A stretch of DNA of 64,000 bases, taken from Candidatus Aenigmatarchaeota archaeon. GTDB lineage: Archaea; EX4484-52. Positions 1 through 7,504 of this stretch are shown here, piece after piece (position 1 is the stretch's first letter; each line of letters begins with the position of its first letter). Under the pieces are notes generated by a model, which was not told the origin of the DNA, did no database searches, and saw only the letters and a program-made list of their open reading frames with translations. Location of the stretch: contig JAGLPV010000001.1 in the NCBI GenBank assembly GCA_023137195.1, forward strand, positions 1 to 64,000, in the 5' to 3' direction. The translations under genes and the position numbers were made by a program.

Positions 1-437
1 TCACTAATTGCCTTTGTCTGTGATGCGGCATTTTCCCCCAGTTTACTCAATCCAGTCTGTAGCGTGTCAAAAACACCGTCAAATAATTTTTTGTGTGCAG
101 GGCTAATCAAACGATTAAAAGCAGACAATGCATCTCTGACATTAGACACATCAAAATCTTTACCCATTTTAATCCAAGTGGAAAATAAATCTTTATAAGC
201 TATAAAATAGCCAACATTACTTTTGATATGTTCCATCGTTTCAGTATCTTCTTCCGAAAGTGCTTTTATATCTTCATCAGAAAAATCTTCTTTTTTTGCA
301 AACTGTAATTCTTTATCAGATAGGTATTTATAAAAAATAAAGCCCAGAATATAATCCTTGTATTCATTCGCTTCAATTTTTGAACGCATTTGGTTAGCAG
401 ATTCCCATATTTTAGCTGCTAATTGTTGTTTATTCAT
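1..437 (-). CDS. hsdM: Type I restriction-modification methyltransferase subunit M, N-terminal part (runs off window)
   Basis: Not in ORF track. Read by hand from ATG at 437: MNKQQLAAKIWESANQMRSKIEANEYKDYILGFIFYKYLSDKE..., the typical HsdM N-terminal domain. Confidence 0.9.
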   Translation of the reverse strand, partial: MNKQQLAAKIWESANQMRSKIEANEYKDYILGFIFYKYLSDKELQFAKKEDFSDEDIKALSEEDTETMEHIKSNVGYFIAYKDLFSTWIKMGKDFDVSNVRDALSAFNRLISPAHKKLFDGVFDTLQTGLSKLGENAASQTKAIS

Positions 438-531
438 ATTATTCATTCCTTTATCTGCTTTTCATTTTGTTCATAAAATAGATAAGAATTACGTCTTTAT
501 ATATTTTCCCCAATAGCTATAGTTATATGTT

Positions 532-618
532 ACTTAACTTTGGCGTTAAGATAAGTTTTGTGAGAGTTAGGGTGAAGCAAACTGTAAGTTTACGTAACCG
601 TTAAATTTTTTGTTATAT
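532..618. other. Degenerate attC-like recombination site (site A)
   Basis: ACTTAAC (532-538) ... GTTATAT (612-618). Aligns with site B: gttaagataagtttt vs gataagagaagtttt, aaactGTAagttt vs aaacctGCAaggttt, and a shared ttgttata end. Long-range pairing is poor. Confidence 0.45.
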
Positions 619-667
619 TCCTCAGAGGGTTGATTTTTAGTGTAATGATGTTTGTCCTCTATCGTTT

Positions 668-832
668 TTTAGGAACTCCCTCTATAAATTAGAAAAATTT
701 GGGAGAGCGAAGCGAACCTCTTAACCTTTGTTAGACGAAATTTTAATTTCGTTGTGGTTTCCGTTGGTCGGTTAAGAGAAGTTTTTCTTTCGAGCGTAGC
801 GAGACTTTATGTCCGTAGGACGGGGGGCTTCC
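668..832. repeat. Structured ~160-bp module, copy 1 (direct repeat of 6321-6490)
   Basis: 668-726 vs 6321-6379 match at 56/59 nt. A second block, ccgttggtcggttaagagaagtttttct, is identical. Downstream GNA hairpins keep their pairing despite sequence changes. Confidence 0.9.
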
Positions 833-863
833 GTTTTTTATAAATTAGCGAGGGACAAATTGA

Positions 864-958
864 ATATAACATCAGGGATAAGAGAAGTTTTTGGCGTAGC
901 CAAAAATTTGGATGGAGAAACCTGCAAGGTTTCGGAATCTCTTATCCTCTTGTTATAC
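864..958. other. attC-like imperfect palindrome (site B)
   Basis: ATATAAC-atcagg-gataagaga ... tctcttatc-ctctt-GTTATAC. Terminal AAC/GTT boxes, inner paired boxes and two internal GNA-triloop hairpins; 95 bp. Confidence 0.65.
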
Positions 959-1228
959 GATTTTTCATAGAAAAACGAGCCAAAGTGCAACGGTTTTTGC
1001 GTAGCAAAAATTGGCGAAGAGTAAAATTTCCATTTCCTGATATATTCTGCGAAGCAGACAATATGTCCGTAGGACAGGGGGGAGTTCCGTTTGTTTTTGT
1101 TTCTGAAAAAGAAGATGGAGGGGGCTTTTATTTTGGTTCTTTTTCTAAAAGAACATTTATGATTGAGAAAATAAGTTATAGATACATTTATAAATATTTG
1201 AGTATATTTGTGGTTATGAGGGGTTAAT

Positions 1229-1375
1229 ATGGAATCAAAAAACATCACATTAAGAGTAAATTCTGAATTATATAATAAATATAGACAATTATGCAAGAAG
1301 AAGGGTTTATTAGTTTCACGACAAGTAGAGATAATGATGGAAGAACAATTAAAGAAAGAGGAAGATCAGGTTTAG
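1229..1375 (+). CDS. Small ribbon-helix-helix (CopG/Arc-like) DNA-binding protein, 48 aa
   Basis: Below ORF-track cutoff. MESKNITLRVNSELYNKYRQLCKKKGLLVSRQVEIMMEEQLKKEEDQV shows the RHH pattern (ITLRV strand, G-turn, SxxVE helix). Preceded by gagggg; stops 3 bp before the helicase ATG. Confidence 0.75.
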   Translation: MESKNITLRVNSELYNKYRQLCKKKGLLVSRQVEIMMEEQLKKEEDQV

Positions 1376-1378
1376 AAT

Positions 1379-4300
1379 ATGGATACTAAACAGACATTGA
1401 ATAAAAAAATAGAATATTGGAAGAAGAAATTAATAGATTTATCCAAAAGAAATAATCTTGTAAATTATCGTTTTACAAAGTCTAAATCCTTAAAAATTAT
1501 TTATCCTAATTTTAAGCAAATCATAGAAGATTTGAATAATGAAAACTCTATACTTTTTTTAAAAAATGAAAGCAAAGAAGCAAAAGAAAGATTATGGTTG
1601 TCTTCTGAAAAAGATTCTGAAGAGAAGAAGAAAGAAGTAGAAGAGGACAGGAAACTAACGACTCTTTATCGTAAAACAAATGAAAATTTTAAAGAATTAG
1701 GAATAAGTACTTGTTTTGTAAGTTTGGGAATCTTGAAATATAAGGAATCTCCCATTTCAGAAATTTATTCGCAAGCTCCTATCTTTCTCTATCCTGTAAC
1801 CTTGAACAGACTTTCCTCTACATCTAAAGATAAACATCGTTTTGAAATTGTTTCAGGTTCAGAAGATATTCAAGTTAATCCTGCATTGGTAGAAAAATTA
1901 TCTCATGATTTTGATATTCATTTACCCGACTTTGAAGAGCAACCGATTGAAGAATATTTAGATTCGATAAAAAAAATAATATCGGGAATGAAAGATTGGA
2001 AAGTTACAGAAGATATTTATATAGATATATTCTCATATCAAAAATATATTATGTTTAAGGATTTAAGTGAACATGATAAACTCTTACATGAAAGTGATTT
2101 AGTCAAAGCATTTATTGGTGATAAAAATGCACTACAAGATGAAATCTCTGAATCTCAAAGAGATGAGTTTGAAGAAGATGCTAATGATGTAGATGTTTTA
2201 CCTGCTGATTCAACTCAAAAAAAGGCGATAGAATTAGCAAAAGCAGGAGTTACCTTTGTTTTACAAGGTCCCCCTGGAACTGGGAAGAGCCAAACAATCT
2301 CAAATATAATTGCTACACTTTTGGAAAAGAAAAAGAAAGTTCTTTTCGTGAGTCAAAAGATGGCTGCTCTTAATGTTGTTCATAAAAGATTAGAAGAGGT
2401 TGGTTTGGGAAGATATTGTTTAAATTTACATAATTACAGAGGAAATAAAAAAGAAATTATTAGACAATTAAATACTGAATTAGAAACTTCTCCAAGAATA
2501 AAAGAAAGTGTTAAAAGATATTCTTTTGCTGACTATATTAATACTCAAAAAGACTTAAATCATTTTTATGACTTTCTATGTAAAAAACATAAGCCTAGAA
2601 CATTATCTATTTATGATATTAGGGGAGAATTAGCAAAACTTCATTCTATCGAAATTCTTGACAAAAATCTTAATGATTTAATTTCTTCTAATGAAGAAAA
2701 GTTTACAATATTATTATCAAAAATTCAAGATTTAGACTTCGTTATTGAAAAAATACCTAGACCAATGGAGAGTATTTATTTTAATTTTAAAACTTCAAAG
2801 AATACAATATTATCAAGAAATAAATTTAAGACATTGGTAGATAGTGCACATCAAATATCAAAAGAGATTTTGGAATTTATCAAAGAAATTAAAAATGAAG
2901 CAAATCTAAACATTCAAACATTAAAACAATTAGAACTATTTTGTGAATTTCATAAAACAGCCAATAAATTAAAAGAGATACCGGAATTTTTTATTTCTGA
3001 AAACTTTGAAGATTATAAAAAGATAATTTCAGATTTAAGTAAAAATATCTTAAAAATTAACGAACTTAAAGAATCTATTGAAGAAATTAAAAAAGGATTC
3101 CCTGAATTTTTCATGTCTGATGATTTCAATGATTATAAAAAAATAATTATCGATTTGAATAAAAATTTAGTGGAGATTAACAACGCTAAACTTAATCTTA
3201 CTCAAAAAGTAATAGAAATGTTTATTGATGAAAATACTGATAATTACGAAAAAACCTTTAAGGAAACTTCATTTTTATCGCGAGTTTTTAATAAAGAATA
3301 CAAAACCGCTAAAAAAGAATTAGAAAGGTTTTCTAAAGAAAAAATAAATCATAATGGTTGGATAAAATTATTTGAGTTAAAGAAGGATTATAAAAAATAC
3401 TTAGATAAGCATTTAAATATAGAAACTCAAAATAAAAACTGTATTAAAAATTTGGGAGATATTTATTCTGAGAATAATTTAAACAATCTCAATAAAAATG
3501 CAGAAGAATTTCAATTTGAAAAATGGTCTGAATTTAAAAAAGAGTTAGCTGAAAAATTAAAAATACACTCCGAGATAGAAACTCAAAATAAAAACGATAT
3601 TAAAAATTTGGGAGATATTTATTCTGAGAATAATTTAAACAATCTCAATAAAAAAGCAGAAGAATTTTCAGAGACATTTAAGAATTCTAAAAATTTATCT
3701 GAGAAATCAGTTAAACTAATTAATTTTTGGTTATCAGAAAAAGAGCGAGAAAATTCATTAAATGAATTAAAAGACAAGATTAAAAATATTGATGATTATT
3801 TATTTAAATCAATATTAAGTGATACTGAAAATCTAGCAGAGATAGAAGACAAAATCCATGAATTTATTGAAAATATAAAATGTTTGGATGATGTTTTAAT
3901 ATTCAAAGAACAATATTCTTCTCTAAACGAAGAGATAAAAGAATTTGTGAAAGAATATTTTAAGGAAAATATAATATCCAAATTAAGTTCTGTATTTTTA
4001 AAAGCATATTATTTGCAATTACTTGAAGAAATTTTAAAACAAAATAACCTGCCCTCCCCCAAAAATAAGGTGGAAATGTTTAGAGAAAAAGATTTTGAAG
4101 TTAGAGATATTAAACGATATAAAATTATGGATTCTATTGAACAAGGTCAGCCCTCTGTAAATTATCATAGTTATGGTGTGAATGATGTTTCTATTTTAAA
4201 AAGAGAAAATGAAAAGAAAAGAAGATTAAAACCAATAAGAGATTTACTTGAAGAGATTCCAGATTTAATATTTTCTTTAAAACCTTGTTTCATGATGAGT

Positions 4301-6187
4301 CCTCTTTCAGTTAGTCAATATATAAATCCCAATAAGATAAAGTTTGATGTAGTTATCTTTGATGAAGCATCACAAATTATGCCCGAAGATGCTGTTTCTT
4401 GTTTGATGAGGTCAAAACAAGCTATTGTTGTGGGAGATACACAACAATTACCACCAACTAACTTTTTTATGAGCCGTCAGGATGATGAAATTGTTGAAGA
4501 AGAAATTGAAGATTTAGAGAGTTTTCTAAGTGAATGTAGTACTAAATTTAGAAGTAAACCTCTTCTTTGGCATTATCGAAGCAAAAATGAACATTTAATT
4601 GCATTTTCAAATAGATTTTTTTATGAACATAGATTGATAACATTTCCTAATGCAAAAATAAAAGATGATTCCGGATTGGACTTTGTTCATGTGAAAACAG
4701 GAGTATATGACCGGGGTAAATCTAGGAAGAATAGAGTTGAAGCAAGAGAAACAGTAAAGAAATACAAAGAATTAAGGGAAAAATTCCCTAAAAAATCAAT
4801 AGGAATTATTGCATTTAGTATCGCACAAGAAAATGCAATTAGAGAAGAATTTAGAGTTGTAGGAATAAATATAGAAGAATCGTTAGATTCTTATCATGAA
4901 GCTTTATTTGTTAAAAATCTTGAAACCGTTCAGGGTGATGAGAGAGATATAATTTTAATAAGTATTGGTTATGGTAAAGATTCTTTTGGAAAATTAAGTT
5001 ATCATTTTGGACCTCTCAATAGAGAAGGGGGTTATAAGAGATTAAATGTTGCTATAACTAGATCAAGATTTAAAACAGTAGTAATATCTTCTATTTCTCC
5101 AGAAGAGTTAGATGAGGATAAAATAAATGTTGATGGAGTTCGTTATTTGAAATATTATCTTGATTATGCAAAAAACAAAGATTTTAATAAATTTTTACAG
5201 ACAACAGAAGGATTAGACTTTGATTCAAGTTTTGAAGAATCTGTTTATGAAGTATTAACAAATGAAGGATTTTCTGTTAGCACCCAAGTTGGCTGTTCGG
5301 GTTATAGAGTAGATTTAGCAATAAAACATCCTAAAAAACCAGGAGTCTATATCTTAGGGATTGAATGTGATGGGGCACAATATCACTCTTCAAGATTTGC
5401 AAGAGATAGAGATAAAATCAGGCAAGGAATTTTAGAAAGTCTTGGTTGGAATATTCATAGAATTTGGTCTGATGATTGGTTGAATAACCGAGAATATGAA
5501 ATAAAAAAGATAAAAGAAAAAGTTGATGCTTTATTAAGGTCAAAGAAAGAAAATTCACAAGATGAATTAAAATTTGAAAAAGTTGAGGATGTAGAAGATT
5601 TTAAAGAAGTTTCTTTAAAGGATAAATATGGTCAATATGAACTTGCTGAATTGCCAAAGTCCGGAACAAAAATAGAATTTGATGGTTATGGTGATATGGT
5701 TTGGGGTGGCAGCAAAGCAAAAGAATTAATGCTGTCTGTTCTGGAAATTGAATCGCCTATTGAAAAAGAATTATTGTATAAAAGAGTTCTTAGTTCATTT
5801 GGAATAAATAAACTCGGTGCGAGGCTAAGGAGAAATTTTGATGATTTGATTAATCAAATGAAAAGAGAATATCCTAATATTTATGTTTCAGGAGAAACGG
5901 TTTCTATAGACCAAATTGAAGGAATTTGTTCTATAAGAATTTCAAAAGAATTTCAAAGACCATTTATTTTAATTCCTAAAGAAGAAATTGGTGGAGCTAT
6001 TGCCGATATTTTAAAAAATACTTTTGGAGCAACAAAAGAAACATTAGTTGCAGATATTGCAAAAGGTATTTTCCATAACAATAGAACTGGTGGGAAAATT
6101 AAAGCGAAGATTGAAGAAGCAATAAAATATTTAGAAAAAGAAAAAATTGTCGATGTTAATGGTGGGAAAATATTTTTGATGAAATAG
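1379..6187 (+). CDS. DUF4011-SF1 (Upf1/DNA2-like) helicase-Vsr-like nuclease-DUF3320 protein; Hhe-like anti-phage defence
   Basis: N-term WKKKLIDLSKRNNL (DUF4011). Walker A QGPPGTGKSQT, DEASQ, GDTQQLPP, VQGDERD, RLNVAITRSR. C-term GIECDGAQYHS...RDRDKIRQGILESLGWNIHRIWS (Vsr/DUF559-like nuclease). Confidence 0.88.
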   Translation: MDTKQTLNKKIEYWKKKLIDLSKRNNLVNYRFTKSKSLKIIYPNFKQIIEDLNNENSILFLKNESKEAKERLWLSSEKDSEEKKKEVEEDRKLTTLYRKTNENFKELGISTCFVSLGILKYKESPISEIYSQAPIFLYPVTLNRLSSTSKDKHRFEIVSGSEDIQVNPALVEKLSHDFDIHLPDFEEQPIEEYLDSIKKIISGMKDWKVTEDIYIDIFSYQKYIMFKDLSEHDKLLHESDLVKAFIGDKNALQDEISESQRDEFEEDANDVDVLPADSTQKKAIELAKAGVTFVLQGPPGTGKSQTISNIIATLLEKKKKVLFVSQKMAALNVVHKRLEEVGLGRYCLNLHNYRGNKKEIIRQLNTELETSPRIKESVKRYSFADYINTQKDLNHFYDFLCKKHKPRTLSIYDIRGELAKLHSIEILDKNLNDLISSNEEKFTILLSKIQDLDFVIEKIPRPMESIYFNFKTSKNTILSRNKFKTLVDSAHQISKEILEFIKEIKNEANLNIQTLKQLELFCEFHKTANKLKEIPEFFISENFEDYKKIISDLSKNILKINELKESIEEIKKGFPEFFMSDDFNDYKKIIIDLNKNLVEINNAKLNLTQKVIEMFIDENTDNYEKTFKETSFLSRVFNKEYKTAKKELERFSKEKINHNGWIKLFELKKDYKKYLDKHLNIETQNKNCIKNLGDIYSENNLNNLNKNAEEFQFEKWSEFKKELAEKLKIHSEIETQNKNDIKNLGDIYSENNLNNLNKKAEEFSETFKNSKNLSEKSVKLINFWLSEKERENSLNELKDKIKNIDDYLFKSILSDTENLAEIEDKIHEFIENIKCLDDVLIFKEQYSSLNEEIKEFVKEYFKENIISKLSSVFLKAYYLQLLEEILKQNNLPSPKNKVEMFREKDFEVRDIKRYKIMDSIEQGQPSVNYHSYGVNDVSILKRENEKKRRLKPIRDLLEEIPDLIFSLKPCFMMSPLSVSQYINPNKIKFDVVIFDEASQIMPEDAVSCLMRSKQAIVVGDTQQLPPTNFFMSRQDDEIVEEEIEDLESFLSECSTKFRSKPLLWHYRSKNEHLIAFSNRFFYEHRLITFPNAKIKDDSGLDFVHVKTGVYDRGKSRKNRVEARETVKKYKELREKFPKKSIGIIAFSIAQENAIREEFRVVGINIEESLDSYHEALFVKNLETVQGDERDIILISIGYGKDSFGKLSYHFGPLNREGGYKRLNVAITRSRFKTVVISSISPEELDEDKINVDGVRYLKYYLDYAKNKDFNKFLQTTEGLDFDSSFEESVYEVLTNEGFSVSTQVGCSGYRVDLAIKHPKKPGVYILGIECDGAQYHSSRFARDRDKIRQGILESLGWNIHRIWSDDWLNNREYEIKKIKEKVDALLRSKKENSQDELKFEKVEDVEDFKEVSLKDKYGQYELAELPKSGTKIEFDGYGDMVWGGSKAKELMLSVLEIESPIEKELLYKRVLSSFGINKLGARLRRNFDDLINQMKREYPNIYVSGETVSIDQIEGICSIRISKEFQRPFILIPKEEIGGAIADILKNTFGATKETLVADIAKGIFHNNRTGGKIKAKIEEAIKYLEKEKIVDVNGGKIFLMK
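3419..3667 (+). repeat. Intragenic duplication: 93-bp copies at 3419-3511 and 3575-3667
   Basis: IETQNKNxIKNLGDIYSENNLNNLNKxAEEF occurs twice; 3 nt differences; period 156 bp. Confidence 0.9.
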
Positions 6188-6320
6188 AGACGCTTCAAAT
6201 AAATTTCTTTTTCGCAGAAAAAGACTATCTGTCCGAAGGACTAAAAGCCCCCTCTTAATAAATTTCGAGCAACGAAGTTGTGAGTCAATATGTGCGTGGC
6301 ACTGCATTATATTTTTTTCG

Positions 6321-6490
6321 TTTAGGAACTCCCCATATAAATTAGAAAAATTTGGGAGAGCGAAGCGAATCTCTTAACCATAGTTATAGAAAGTGCGAAG
6401 CATTTTCCTGTCGTCCCGTTGGTCGGTTAAGAGAAGTTTTTCTACGAGGCGAAGCCGAGACAATCTGTCCCGAAGGGACGAACTCCCCCC
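6321..6490. repeat. Structured ~160-bp module, copy 2
   Basis: Direct repeat of 668-832; lies between the helicase stop and the recombinase. Confidence 0.9.
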
Positions 6491-6521
6491 TTTTTTATTT
6501 AAGGAAATGGAAATTTTATTG

Positions 6522-6571
6522 CGTATAACAAGAGATTAAACGGAATAAATTACGTTTAATCTACCGATATA
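6522..6571. other. Recombinase-proximal candidate attachment site (attI-like)
   Basis: CGTATAAC-aag-agattaaacg...cgtttaatct. 6522-6534 is the exact reverse complement of 947-959, and 6524-6543 matches the reverse complement of 598-617 at 17/20. Confidence 0.5.
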
Positions 6572-6615
6572 GGATGTTATACTTACTTTTATATATTTAT
6601 TTGCAAATAAAAATA

Positions 6616-7434
6616 ATGGATTTGACTGAAAGTGAAATTTTTTTATTAAAATTAAGAAGAGAGATGGAAATAAGAAATTTTTCTTCAAAAACAGTCAAAA
6701 CATATCTTTATTTCGTGGAAAAGTTTCTCGAATATTTGGGGGATTCGGAACTTTGTGAAGAGACAGTTAAAAATTATATGCAAGAACAAATAATGAAAAA
6801 AGAGCCATCTACGGTTTCCTTAAATCTTAGTGCTATAAAATTCTTTTTTAATAAAGTGTTGTATAAAAATATAGACGTTCCTAATCCAAGGAAAAATAAG
6901 AAAATTCCTGAAGTTTTGACTGTTGGGGAAGTCGGAAGATTGATAGGCGCTATAGATAACATCAAGCACAGGTTGATGATAAAAATGCTTTATGGCTGTG
7001 GGTTAAGAGTGAGCGAACTTGTAAATCTGAAAAAATCGGATTTGAATTTTGAGGAAAATCTTATTCATATACGGCTTGCAAAAGGGAGAAAGGACAGGTT
7101 TGTCAAGATTCCTGAGTCCGTCAAAGAACAACTGGAAAGCTATTGTAAACTTGAGGAAAAGGACACATTATTTTTATCGCAAAGAGGAGGGAAATTATCA
7201 ACCGCAACAATACAAAAAATAATCAAAAATTTTTCAAAAAAGGCAGGAATAAAAAAGAATATTTCTCCTCACACATTAAGGCACAGCTTTGCTACACATC
7301 TGCTTGAAGCAGGAATAGATTTGAAGATTATACAAAAATTGCTTGGTCATTCAGACATCAAGACTACGCAGATATATCTGCATGTTTCCAATCAATTGAT
7401 AAGGAATGTGAAAAGTCCGCTTGATTATTTGTAA
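6616..7434 (+). CDS. Tyrosine recombinase, XerA/integron-integrase-like
   Basis: Catalytic R (GLRVSE), K (AKGRKDR), HxxR (HTLRH), LGH, Y (TTQIY). N-term RNFSSKTVKTY SAM-like domain and C-term VKSPLD resemble IntI, but there is no IntI-specific insertion before box II. Start moved to MDLTE, downstream of TATA-like ttttatata (6587-6595). Confidence 0.92.
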   Translation: MDLTESEIFLLKLRREMEIRNFSSKTVKTYLYFVEKFLEYLGDSELCEETVKNYMQEQIMKKEPSTVSLNLSAIKFFFNKVLYKNIDVPNPRKNKKIPEVLTVGEVGRLIGAIDNIKHRLMIKMLYGCGLRVSELVNLKKSDLNFEENLIHIRLAKGRKDRFVKIPESVKEQLESYCKLEEKDTLFLSQRGGKLSTATIQKIIKNFSKKAGIKKNISPHTLRHSFATHLLEAGIDLKIIQKLLGHSDIKTTQIYLHVSNQLIRNVKSPLDYL

Positions 7435-7504
7435 ACAATGTGCAGATAGTATAGAAAACTATTTTAAGATAAACATATATTATATCTAATATATAAAAAA
7501 GAAA

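Noticed and set aside
532-1130. Possible CRISPR array or structured ncRNA/intron
   Set aside because: No equal-length repeats with unique spacers and no cas genes. Loops are GNA triloops rather than GNRA/UNCG tetraloops, and no group I/II intron motifs were recognised.
838-1296. ORF-track ORFs 838-1296 (-) and 985-1227 (+)
   Set aside because: They run through the hairpin-rich non-coding region, have no recognisable motifs, and the longer one overlaps the RHH gene.
3446-3616. aaaaatttgggaga inside the helicase duplication matches the module sequence
   Set aside because: A 14-bp AT-rich match in coding sequence (KNLGD) without the flanking structure; probably chance.
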